Shown: positions 28,034 to 36,633 of the stretch, piece by piece | How positions within the stretch are numbered: position 1 is the stretch's first letter | Layout: every line of letters begins with the position of its first letter | Assembly (NCBI GenBank): GCA_021785125.1 | Contig: JAJYGF010000012.1 | Coordinates: 16,612 to 80,611, forward strand | Direction: 5' to 3' | DNA: 64,000 nucleotides | Source of the DNA: a bacterium | GTDB taxonomy: Bacteria; Patescibacteriota; Minisyncoccia; Moranbacterales; UBA2206 | Notes under the pieces: model-generated | Told to the model about the DNA's origin: nothing | Database searches by the model: none | The model's input: the letters and a program-made list of their open reading frames with translations, nothing else | Translations under genes and position numbers: made by a program

Positions 28034-29194
28034 TCAATGCGGGGTTGCATCGGTCATTTTTTTGCATATTTCTAGCATCTTTTCCGCCGTTTTTTGCCAA
28101 GAAAATTTTTGAGCTCGCGCCAATTCTTTCCGTGCAATATCTTTTCGTAAATTCTCATCAGTCGCTACCCGATTCAATTTTTCAGAAAGATCGGCCGGAT
28201 CATCCGTTTTGAAAAGCATCGTCGCGCCTTCTGTGATTTCAGCGTGCGACGGAATATCCGAAGCCAGAGTCGGAACGCCCAGAGTCATCGCTTCAAGAAT
28301 CGGTATGCCGAAACCTTCATAGAGCGATGGAAAGCAAAATACATGCGCCAATCGGAAAATTTGCGGCTTGTCCATTTCATCGATGAATCCAGGCAGGATC
28401 ACATCTTTTTCCAATCCGTAGCTTGTTACGTATTCATCAATCTTCGCGTCAAAATTGCGTCCCTTTCCCCCAGCCAGGACCAGCTTCAGATCCTTTCTTT
28501 TTTCATTCGGAATCTTTATGTATGCCTCGATCAATGCCGGCAGATTTTTTCTCGGTTGCAATGTGCCGATGTACAAGATGAATTTCTGCGGCAGAGAATA
28601 TTTTTGTCGGACAACTTCCAATTCCTCTTGGGAATGCTCTTTGAAAAAAATATCGGAAACAGCATTATGTATCCAGTCCACTTTCTTCTCATCAACTTTG
28701 TAATATTTCAGAATTTCATTCGCGGTAAATTTCGAAACTCCGATTATCTTATCCGCGCGCTTCAAGCTCATTGGAATCAGAATATTCATGAAAAACAGAT
28801 CGACTTTGCCGACCAGCTTCGGAAAAACCTTGAAAGAAACGTCATGGATGATGGTGATGATCTGCGTCTTTCGCGGAATGAAAAAGGGCGTGATATATTG
28901 CACCAGCAAAATGTCAGCCGGCTCTTTGCGAAGATACAGCGGCAAAGATACAGCGTTCCAAAACATCTTGTTCGCACCCTCTTCAGCTAGATGGACGACC
29001 TTGAAATTCGCGCCGAGTTCCAACCTTGCGATTTCCTGCGCCAAACCGGCATCTTTTTCCGGATCGCGATCGGTCAGAAGGACATAATCATTAGTTTTAT
29101 CTAAGACAGAAAATTGTTTGACCAGATTGAAAAACACGACTTCATCGCCCGTCCTTTTTTTTCCGATATTTCTGATGTCGATCGCAATTTTCAT
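28034..29194 (-). CDS. GT4 glycosyltransferase
   Basis: GTLQPRKN, PSLYEGFGIPILEAM. Confidence 0.93.
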   Translation of the reverse strand: MKIAIDIRNIGKKRTGDEVVFFNLVKQFSVLDKTNDYVLLTDRDPEKDAGLAQEIARLELGANFKVVHLAEEGANKMFWNAVSLPLYLRKEPADILLVQYITPFFIPRKTQIITIIHDVSFKVFPKLVGKVDLFFMNILIPMSLKRADKIIGVSKFTANEILKYYKVDEKKVDWIHNAVSDIFFKEHSQEELEVVRQKYSLPQKFILYIGTLQPRKNLPALIEAYIKIPNEKRKDLKLVLAGGKGRNFDAKIDEYVTSYGLEKDVILPGFIDEMDKPQIFRLAHVFCFPSLYEGFGIPILEAMTLGVPTLASDIPSHAEITEGATMLFKTDDPADLSEKLNRVATDENLRKDIARKELARAQKFSWQKTAEKMLEICKKMTDATPH

Positions 29195-29222
29195 CTTGTT
29201 GTAAGATCAGATTCATTATATC

Positions 29223-29287
29223 AAAAAACCCCGCGCGACCATAGCCTCGCCAAAGACGGGGCGAGGTTGGAAAAAATCCGCCTTGGA
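29223..29287. repeat. REP-like GCGAGGTT hairpin repeat, copy A
   Basis: AAAAAACCCCGCGCG..CCTCGCC..GGCGAGGTTGGAAAAAATCCGCCTTGGA. Confidence 0.7.
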
Positions 29288-29294
29288 TGATTTT

Positions 29295-30266
29295 TCAGAC
29301 CTCGCTTATCACATCAAACCCCTTGAAGCTTCCCGTGATGGACAGACCGATAATTTTTCCTTTGCAAATTCCCCTTTCCTTGATTTGAAGAGATGTTTCA
29401 TTGAGAGTTGCACCGGAACCGACCGCATCATCGATCAGCAGAATATTATCAAATGCGCCTTTTTCATTTACGATGATTGTTTTTCGGGCATTCTCAATAC
29501 GATCGTCCAATTTGTTCAAAGTTTTTTGCGGAACGATGATATCCGTTTTTATTTTCACGATCGAGACTCTCCGGATATGCGGATGCAGATTTTTTTCCAG
29601 CTCTTTCATGAACTGCACTTCGCGCTTGACTGTTGGCGGTATGAATCCCACCCCGTCGATCTCATATCTTTTTATCAACGCATCCACGGTCGGCCGGATA
29701 TCATCCGCCAGCTCCCTCATCAGTTTCTTGTTCTGGCTTTGCTTGGCATACAAAAGCAACTGGCCCGTCCTGGTCTTGCCGAATCTTTCAATGCTGTAAA
29801 AATCAAGATAGAATATCCGATCGAGCCCGATTTTGTTAAAAGTAGTTTTGAATTTTTCCATGCCGTTGATCAGGCCGTTTCTTTTGAATGCGTCATACCT
29901 ACTGAGTGTCTTTGCATATTCATCGGCAGTTTTTTCAATCGGTTGGCCGGTTTTTTGGCACCAGAAAACAAAGCCCTCAATTCCTTCCAAGCGCTCTCCG
30001 GTCGGAGTTATTAGCAGGAAATTTTCTTCGATTTTCTTCCTTGATTTTTCTGAAATTTTATGGCTGGCAAATTCCCTTTTCCCCCTCGTTATCTGATAAA
30101 AAACTTTCGGCGGCTTCCCAACCTTCGTCAGCTTGCCTTCAGCCACAAGATTGGAAAGTTGTTTGGATACGGCCATGCGGCTAAGTCCGAGATGATCAAC
30201 CAACTCATGTACGGTTGCCTGATTCTTATCGCCAATATAAGTAAGTATTTTTTCTGATGTTTTCAT
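29295..30266 (-). CDS. Winged-HTH + phosphoribosyltransferase-domain protein
   Basis: N-terminal HTH (ELVDHLGLSRMAVSKQL); PRPP loop ILLIDDAVGSGATL. Confidence 0.85.
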   Translation of the reverse strand: MKTSEKILTYIGDKNQATVHELVDHLGLSRMAVSKQLSNLVAEGKLTKVGKPPKVFYQITRGKREFASHKISEKSRKKIEENFLLITPTGERLEGIEGFVFWCQKTGQPIEKTADEYAKTLSRYDAFKRNGLINGMEKFKTTFNKIGLDRIFYLDFYSIERFGKTRTGQLLLYAKQSQNKKLMRELADDIRPTVDALIKRYEIDGVGFIPPTVKREVQFMKELEKNLHPHIRRVSIVKIKTDIIVPQKTLNKLDDRIENARKTIIVNEKGAFDNILLIDDAVGSGATLNETSLQIKERGICKGKIIGLSITGSFKGFDVISEV

Positions 30267-30268
30267 AA

Positions 30269-30324
30269 GTTTACAGTTTACAGTTTACTGTAAACCATAA
30301 TATCATATTTATAACTTTTGTCAA
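30269..30324 (-). promoter_or_regulatory. Promoter with tandem heptamer operator-like repeats
   Basis: TTGACA, 16 nt, TG-extended TATTAT; GTTTAC(A/T) x3 plus inverted GTAAAC at 30269-30295. Confidence 0.6.
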
Positions 30325-30330
30325 ATTATC

Positions 30331-30454
30331 AAAAAACCGCGCGCAGGGCGAGGTTTATAATAATATCCCCCCGCAGAGAGCGAGGTTAGAAAATCCGCTT
30401 TGGACAAAAAACCCCGCGCGCGCGGTGAAACCTCGCGAAGCCGGGGGCGAGGTT
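30331..30454. repeat. REP-like GCGAGGTT hairpin repeats, copies B-D
   Basis: Three GCGAGGTT cores with CCGC/CCTCGC partners; shared AAAATCCGCTTTGGA tail. Confidence 0.75.
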
Positions 30455-30459
30455 AAAAA

Positions 30460-31356
30460 TTATGATTGAGTCTTAACTTTATTTTTACTAAGCAGAATCA
30501 CGCCGAAAAACATCGGTGCGAATGATAGCAATTGAAACTCGGTCGGTAACGTCCCTAGAAGCAACCAAGCAAAAAGCAGTGTCAGCAAAGGAGCGAAACC
30601 GCCCAAAGCATTCGCCTTGGCAACATTGATTCTGTGTATGCCTTCAATCCATAGAAGCTTGGAAAGTCCCAGTAGAAAAAAACCGTTTACTACCAAAAAG
30701 ATAAAAGATTTTTCTAAGCTGATCGCAGAGAAATTCACCCTTGAAAAATACGCCACGGCAAGGATAACAACCGCGCTTATCAAGCTTCTGATAAACAAGA
30801 TCGCTTCACTGGCGACTTGCTGGCGAGCTCTTCTTTGAAAAAAATTACCGAATGGCGCTATAAAAGCCGCGGCAAGAACAAGCATGTCTCCTATCTGAAA
30901 TTTGTGCAAATTGGGATATAGGACGACAAATGCTCCTACCAGCATCAAAAACGATCCGACTACATGCGTAAAAGAGATATATTCTTTGCGCCAAACATTG
31001 AAAAAGAAAAAACTGAAAAATACTTCTGTTAGAGCGATAAGGCTGGCATTTCCCGGACTGGTATATTGCAACCCGAAAAAATAAAACAGGTAATAGACAA
31101 TGCCTAAAATGAATGTGGTGATCAATATATCCCGCATGGCGCCCCTGTTTTTTATCTGATGCCATCCTTTCTTCACAGTCAAAACTATGCCAAAAAATAT
31201 GGCCGCAAACAACGTGCTCCAAGCCAAGGATAGCAAGGCAGGCACACCCTTGAAGGAAAGGACGGTGACAACCGGGAATAAGCTCCACAAAACAACTTCG
31301 AAAAAGATAATGACCTCGCCCTCTCTTTCCCTGGATAAACTATCTTTTGTTTTCAT
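30460..31356 (-). CDS. EamA/DMT-family transporter
   Basis: About 10 TMs in two repeats; GLQYTSPGNASLI. Confidence 0.88.
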   Translation of the reverse strand: MKTKDSLSREREGEVIIFFEVVLWSLFPVVTVLSFKGVPALLSLAWSTLFAAIFFGIVLTVKKGWHQIKNRGAMRDILITTFILGIVYYLFYFFGLQYTSPGNASLIALTEVFFSFFFFNVWRKEYISFTHVVGSFLMLVGAFVVLYPNLHKFQIGDMLVLAAAFIAPFGNFFQRRARQQVASEAILFIRSLISAVVILAVAYFSRVNFSAISLEKSFIFLVVNGFFLLGLSKLLWIEGIHRINVAKANALGGFAPLLTLLFAWLLLGTLPTEFQLLSFAPMFFGVILLSKNKVKTQS

Positions 31357-31370
31357 GTCTTCATAATATC

Positions 31371-31413
31371 AAAAAACCTCGCGCAGGGCGAGGTTGGGAA
31401 ATATGCCCTTAGA
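31371..31413. repeat. REP-like GCGAGGTT hairpin repeat, copy E
   Basis: AAAAAACCTCGCGCAGGGCGAGGTTGGGAAAT. Confidence 0.75.
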
Positions 31414-31427
31414 CGACTTTATTTTTT

Positions 31428-31589
31428 CTACTTCAAGAATCTCAAGTAAAAAGCCAGGAACAGCAAGACGATTCCCGCATTTGCCATCAGTCGTTCCCAG
31501 AATAGGTTCCTGAAAAACAGCAAGTCGACAGAAACTATGGTGGCCGCCATCAGCGCGATATACAGTATGGTTGAAAAATTTGTTTTCAT
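31428..31589 (-). CDS. 53-aa two-TM small membrane protein (not in ORF track)
   Basis: Manual translation MKTNFSTILYIALMAATIVSVDLLFFRNLFWERLMANAGIVLLFLAFYLRFLK; starts 10 nt after the upstream stop. Confidence 0.7.
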   Translation of the reverse strand: MKTNFSTILYIALMAATIVSVDLLFFRNLFWERLMANAGIVLLFLAFYLRFLK

Positions 31590-31599
31590 AGTATCAGAT

Positions 31600-32064
31600 T
31601 TAATATTCTCCTTTGATCACAAAAAATGAACCCCTGATTGTTCCGGCCAGCTTTGATCTCATTTTGGCAAATTTGAATTTCCCTTCCAATTCTTTCGGCA
31701 CTTCCATGCCCTCGGAAAGCTTGAAACCGACGGCTCGCTTTTTGGGATTATCAATCGTATACAGGACATTGACCGCCAGGCCGTCTTCATAAAAGACATA
31801 TGTCCATCTGATATTTTCCACCTGAAAACTGGATGTCTCCAAAGGTTTGGCCGCAAATTCGATGTCACGCTCCTTTTTCAGGATGCGGTTCACATAAGCA
31901 AGGGTTTTCTTGCTGGCACTGGCTGGCACAACCGTAAATTTATGCTTGTATTTGTTGTCAAAATAGCGGGCTTCATTGGTGCGCAAGCCGGCCAGCGCTT
32001 TTGCCACAGGCGAAGATTCCAAACCGACCGTAGATACGTTTTTAAAATCAACTATATATGACAT
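31600..32064 (-). CDS. Conserved hypothetical protein, 154 aa
   Basis: ATG at 32064 (MSYIVDFKNVSTVGLESSPV); the longer start in the ORF track overlaps the upstream gene. Confidence 0.75.
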   Translation of the reverse strand: MSYIVDFKNVSTVGLESSPVAKALAGLRTNEARYFDNKYKHKFTVVPASASKKTLAYVNRILKKERDIEFAAKPLETSSFQVENIRWTYVFYEDGLAVNVLYTIDNPKKRAVGFKLSEGMEVPKELEGKFKFAKMRSKLAGTIRGSFFVIKGEY

Positions 32065-32081
32065 ATTTTTAAGCTTGATAT

Positions 32082-33689
32082 TTATTTCTCTATACTTTCT
32101 ACAAAAGTTATCCCAAAAAACATCCACAAAATCCCCAGAAAGATGCCCGAATTGAAGAAGTTCGGGATCAACAGCGCAAAAAATCCCAAAATCAGAAAGA
32201 TTCCAAATGCCCGATCCGTATGTAAAAAGAGCTTCACTCCTTGAAAAAGAATATACATCCAAACAGCCATGAATGCAAGGAGTCCGATGATGCCCGCGCC
32301 CAGCCAGACTTCCAAGAAGATGTTGCTCGCATTGAGTCCGGCTCCTCTTTCGTCAGTCCCCAGTATCGAACCGATCTGCCCGAATCCGATCCCGAAGATC
32401 GGATGCGCTTTGATGGTCTCCCAGACTTTGGCATAGATCTCGCTCCGCACTTTCACGTTCGGATCATTGCGATATATTTCCGTCACAAAATGTCCGGCCG
32501 CTTTTTCAGAATCAATATCTTCCAGATTTATATGCCGACAATTATATTTCGCCAATTCATCCGTAGAGGAAATAACATTCGGCAAGCTTTCTTCCGCCTG
32601 ACAGCTTATCGTGATCTGCTGAAGTCCCGAACCCGCGCTTTGGATGCGGTTGCCCAACTGGAAATTCGTCAGATGGAAGCCATACACGATCAAGATGCCC
32701 AAAACCAAGGATCCGATGATGAACAATTTCTCACGGATAGTTTCACGCCATTTCCAATTCCTAAATTTGAAAGATAAATCGGTAAAAATTATCCAGAGAT
32801 ACGCAAACGTGACGACGGCCGCTCCGAGCCACGCGCTGCGTGAAACGGTTAGGATCAGATTGATGAAGATCAGGACCAGAAAAATGAAAAGCGTCGTTTT
32901 TAAAACTTGATATTTAGTAATTAAAAATTGTTTTGAAATTAAAAATTTAAAATTAAAAATTTGAGCATCATTATTAAGCTCGCGATTTTTTTGGTTAAAA
33001 TAAAATATTAGCGTATACACAATGGCCAAAAGTAATGACAGATATATTCCATACCAATCCGCTTCGACAAATGTTGCATTCGGCCTTCCGGGCATAACTT
33101 CAAAACTATTCATGCCATGTAAAAATCGCATGTTCTGCCAGATGCCGTATAGCATCACGATGGCCGAGGAACCGACGAAGAAAGGCAGGACTTTTTTGAG
33201 ATCATTCTTGCTTTGGATGAAATTGCGGACCAGGAAATATATGAAGATGAAAGAGGCGAAAACCACAGACTGCTTCAGGCTCGCGCTCCGATTCTCTCCG
33301 GAAAGCGAACTGATGAAGCTGGCGATCCCCATCGCAATCACCAAGAAATCGAACCAGGCCAATTTTGCCAATCTGAAGTTCAGACGCTTTGTCGCCAAGC
33401 GGATGATGATGGCCAGAATCGTGATGCCCGCAAAAAATTGATACGGCCGGACCGCGATTCCCAATTCCGGCGGCGCCAGATTTATGTTCTCCAGCATGAT
33501 CGTGCCGGAAAATAGCAGGAAGCTCCACGCCGGACGATACAGGGCGAACGCCAGGGCCAGGATGGAAAAAAAGATGAAATCGCCGAGCTGGAGCGGCAAA
33601 ACATGAAAATTGGAAAGTAGGATCAGAAAAAAAACCAGCAAAACATCGGCTGCCAGCAAAATCATTTGATTTTTATTTTTTTTAAGCAT
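32082..33689 (-). CDS. O-antigen ligase/Wzy-like membrane protein
   Basis: Multiple TMs; RPNATF.E, LTVSRSAWLG, HPIFGIGFG, SNIFLE..LGAGIIG. Confidence 0.85.
   Translation of the reverse strand: MLKKNKNQMILLAADVLLVFFLILLSNFHVLPLQLGDFIFFSILALAFALYRPAWSFLLFSGTIMLENINLAPPELGIAVRPYQFFAGITILAIIIRLATKRLNFRLAKLAWFDFLVIAMGIASFISSLSGENRSASLKQSVVFASFIFIYFLVRNFIQSKNDLKKVLPFFVGSSAIVMLYGIWQNMRFLHGMNSFEVMPGRPNATFVEADWYGIYLSLLLAIVYTLIFYFNQKNRELNNDAQIFNFKFLISKQFLITKYQVLKTTLFIFLVLIFINLILTVSRSAWLGAAVVTFAYLWIIFTDLSFKFRNWKWRETIREKLFIIGSLVLGILIVYGFHLTNFQLGNRIQSAGSGLQQITISCQAEESLPNVISSTDELAKYNCRHINLEDIDSEKAAGHFVTEIYRNDPNVKVRSEIYAKVWETIKAHPIFGIGFGQIGSILGTDERGAGLNASNIFLEVWLGAGIIGLLAFMAVWMYILFQGVKLFLHTDRAFGIFLILGFFALLIPNFFNSGIFLGILWMFFGITFVESIEK
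32897..32978. repeat. AT-rich heptamer-periodic tract in frame inside the Wzy/ligase gene
   Basis: Encodes NNDAQIFNFKFLISKQFLITKYQVLK; AATTTTT/AATTTTA units; much lower GC than flanks. Confidence 0.65.
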
Positions 33690-33707
33690 CGGTGATTTAT
33701 CTTGTCC

Positions 33708-33738
33708 ATCTAAGGCGTGCTAAGGTTTAGCCTTAGAT
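33708..33738. repeat. Partial copy of the 12742-12787 palindrome
   Basis: 20-nt identical arm GCTAAGGTTTAGCCTTAGAT plus shortened left arm ATCTAAGGC. Confidence 0.8.
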
Positions 33739-33743
33739 TTAGA

Positions 33744-34901
33744 TCATAATTCTTCGATTATATTGAAAATTTTTGTGATGAATTTTTCCCAGGAGAATTT
33801 CTGCGCCCTCTCCTTGCCTCTTGCCGACAAGGACGCCCGCAATTCCGGATTGATCAGGACATTCTTCATAACCATTGCGATGTCTTTGTGATCCTTTGGC
33901 TCGCAATACAGGACTCCGTCCTGCCCGATTTCCGGCAAGGACGAGCTTTTGGCTGTCACGACCGGCGTGCCGACATTCATCGCTTCCAGGACCGGCAGGC
34001 CGAACCCTTCATAGTATGAAGGATACACGAACATAATCGCATTCTTATATAAAGCTGGCAGATCCGCCTGCGGGACAAAATCAAGAATCTCGACATGATT
34101 AGATAAGTCCAGATCCTTGATGACAGCTTCAATGTCATCGACGAGCGGCTTGAGTTTCGGCAACAACCTGCCGGAAATCACTAATTTTGGCATCTCGTGC
34201 AGAAAATGCTCATTCTTGTTCCTTTCCAAAAGATATTTGTAGGCCTGGATGACTCCCAAGGTATTTTTGCGGACTTCCAATCCCCCGCCATTATATATAT
34301 AGCCCGGCTTGAGCTTATATTTCTTCAAAACCTTGCTTCCAACCGTCGGAGTAATTGCTTTTTTATATATCTCGTCACAATCAATGTGGTTTACCGTGAT
34401 TTTTTTCGGATCGATGCCCAGATGCTGGATGAGATCCTTTTCCGTTCTGGATGAGACGGCCAAGATCTTATCAGCTTTTCTGATCGCCTCTTCGGTCAGG
34501 TTCCAATATTTTCTTTTTCGATAGTTGTTCAGATATTCCGGGAAAAGCTTCGGCACGATGTCATGGACGACTATCATATGCTCTATATCTTCGGGAACCA
34601 CCGTAGGAGATTGGTACAGCGACAAAAAAATCTCGCAACCGTCTTTTTCAATCTTCCCGGGCAACAAATATTTTTCCCATAAAATTTTGCGGACAAGATC
34701 GTCTCTTTTCCAAAATGGCAGAAAGATTCTCTTTTGGAAATTTTTTGGCAATTTTATGTCTTCCGGCAGATCTTCTTCCAGATATAAAATATACTCGTCG
34801 TCTGTTTTTTGAGCCGCGAGTTTTTTGAGAAAATTAACCGTCACCTGGCCGATGCCGGTCGAGGGTTTTCTGGCAAATGATGCATTTATTCCGATTTTCA
34901 T
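33744..34901 (-). CDS. GT4 glycosyltransferase
   Basis: GGLEVRKN, PSYYEGFGLPVLEAM. Confidence 0.93.
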   Translation of the reverse strand: MKIGINASFARKPSTGIGQVTVNFLKKLAAQKTDDEYILYLEEDLPEDIKLPKNFQKRIFLPFWKRDDLVRKILWEKYLLPGKIEKDGCEIFLSLYQSPTVVPEDIEHMIVVHDIVPKLFPEYLNNYRKRKYWNLTEEAIRKADKILAVSSRTEKDLIQHLGIDPKKITVNHIDCDEIYKKAITPTVGSKVLKKYKLKPGYIYNGGGLEVRKNTLGVIQAYKYLLERNKNEHFLHEMPKLVISGRLLPKLKPLVDDIEAVIKDLDLSNHVEILDFVPQADLPALYKNAIMFVYPSYYEGFGLPVLEAMNVGTPVVTAKSSSLPEIGQDGVLYCEPKDHKDIAMVMKNVLINPELRASLSARGKERAQKFSWEKFITKIFNIIEEL

Positions 34902-34976
34902 ATCAAATATATTTTACCATTAAATCAAGTAATTAAAAAAGGGTCGGCAGTTTTGCCGACCCTTAGTCTTGCTTGG

Positions 34977-35384
34977 TTAAGCTTTGAAGATTTTCCCCTC
35001 GCTGTCCGTTATGAACTTGAAAGCGTTGCGTGTGTCCACGATCGCTTTGCTGTGATCGCAGATGAACTGGTAATCGAAATCGTTGTGATCCGTGACCAGC
35101 ACGACGCAGTCGTACTTCTCCAGGTTCTTGGCCGTGAGAGGAATAGATATCGTTTTGAAACCGCATACCACTCTTGGTATCGACGGTATATATGGATCGG
35201 AATAGTTAACTGTGGCGCCGCCATCAAGAAGAAGCTTGATGATTTGCCACGCCGGTGATTCCCGCGGGTCGTCGCTATTTTTCTTATAGGCGACGCCTAG
35301 AATAAGGATATTCGAATCCACTAAGCGCTTGCCCTTCTTGAATAATATCTCCTCAACTACGTTCAGTATCACAGATTTTTCCAT
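34977..35384 (-). CDS. Stand-alone C-terminal (UDP-binding) domain of a nucleotide-sugar dehydrogenase
   Basis: LGVAYKKNSDDPRESP, DPYI, TDH, DTRN; no NAD-binding or catalytic Cys region; own GAGGAGG RBS. Confidence 0.75.
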   Translation of the reverse strand: MEKSVILNVVEEILFKKGKRLVDSNILILGVAYKKNSDDPRESPAWQIIKLLLDGGATVNYSDPYIPSIPRVVCGFKTISIPLTAKNLEKYDCVVLVTDHNDFDYQFICDHSKAIVDTRNAFKFITDSEGKIFKA

Positions 35385-35522
35385 CCCATCCTCCTCTGGT
35401 TAAATACAGCGTTATTTTTAGTTAAAAAACTATTCCATTGCTGGAATTTTATACTATACGCTCTTTTAAGCCAAAAGTCAAGGTTGGATGTAAATCAAGG
35501 CTTAAATAAAGAAAATAAAAGT

Positions 35523-36410
35523 TTATTTTACCTTGTATCGCCCATGCAGAAGATCTTTGATTCCATCGCGCTCTTTTGTCCGTGATTCCTTCACTAACTC
35601 ATTATTTTTTATCTGACGCGCGTATTCTCTTCCGGATTCGCTCTTTCTTGCAAGGATGTCCTCAACAATCAATGGCTTGACCTTGATCGGAAGATCTTTA
35701 GTATATTTTTCAAATATTTTTTGAATATCCTCAAGCTCTTTTTTATCTCCGTCTTCCTCATTGGCCAGAGTACGTTCCAGAATATTTTCAATTTCTTGGA
35801 TATCTTCAGGGCTGATTTGAATATCATGCTTATATTCATTCTTATAAAAAGCCATCATAAACATGATCCAAGCCCGAGCTATATGGAATTCATTGGTGAC
35901 GATCTCAATGTCATGCACTTCACTGATGGCATCACTATGCTCTTTCACCCATTCAGCAATAGCCGCGGCATTGCCAAGCGTCGAACCTCCGGACGGAAGC
36001 GAACCCTCAAGCACAACATCCGAAACTCCATATTTTTTTTTGAGTTTCTTTCTTGCTTCTTCGGCCCGAGAAAGCTTCAAGATTTCACCCGAGTCTAATT
36101 TTATGCTTTCTTCTCCGCCTGTCGTGAAAATATGCATCTCTTGAGGATAGCTCGGATTATTCCGATTTTCTGAAAATTCCTTATATAATTGTTGGATGGC
36201 TCGCATGCGCGAATCGCCTCCGGAAACTTCTTTCGACATGCCTTCCTTGGCAGATTCGTTTATCAATGGAAAGCGTGGCGGATATTTATTGCCCTCACCT
36301 TTTTGGAACAACCTGGCACCCAGCATGACAACAATTTCAGTCTTCTGATTGCCGTGTTCCAAATGATTTTCTTTTTTGGTCTCTGCAGGAACTTCAAAAA
36401 CATTCGCCAT
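35523..36410 (-). CDS. Hypothetical protein, DUF218/YdcF-like
   Basis: IVVMLG, TTGG, STLGNA, IVTNEFHIARA. Confidence 0.55.
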   Translation of the reverse strand: MANVFEVPAETKKENHLEHGNQKTEIVVMLGARLFQKGEGNKYPPRFPLINESAKEGMSKEVSGGDSRMRAIQQLYKEFSENRNNPSYPQEMHIFTTGGEESIKLDSGEILKLSRAEEARKKLKKKYGVSDVVLEGSLPSGGSTLGNAAAIAEWVKEHSDAISEVHDIEIVTNEFHIARAWIMFMMAFYKNEYKHDIQISPEDIQEIENILERTLANEEDGDKKELEDIQKIFEKYTKDLPIKVKPLIVEDILARKSESGREYARQIKNNELVKESRTKERDGIKDLLHGRYKVK

Positions 36411-36633
36411 GATTTTACTTTTAGCTTTTACTTTATTATTTTAGCTTAAATTTTAAAAAAGAAAAAAGCCCGCACCTTGATAAGTGCGGGCTAAGTTTTT
36501 GGCTTGCATGTCAAGCCCATTCCCCTGAAAAACGGATTTGCCTTCTTTTTTCATTTGACTCCGGCGCCCTCTGCCTTATAATAAAGCCTAGTCATATCCT
36601 TCGGTATGACGATAAAAAATAAATTGGAAAATT

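Noticed and set aside
29223-31413. CRISPR array or integron interpretation of the repeats
   Set aside because: Repeats are degenerate, irregularly spaced and separated by whole genes; no cas or intI gene; no canonical attC ends
31600-32262. Prophage gene, and the 220-aa extended start
   Set aside because: No phage genes nearby; the extension overlaps the Wzy gene by ~180 nt, so ATG 32064 is preferred
36467-36492. Hairpin between divergent genes as evidence of a hidden sRNA
   Set aside because: No supportable promoter-RNA unit; kept only as a possible relative of the dinB palindrome
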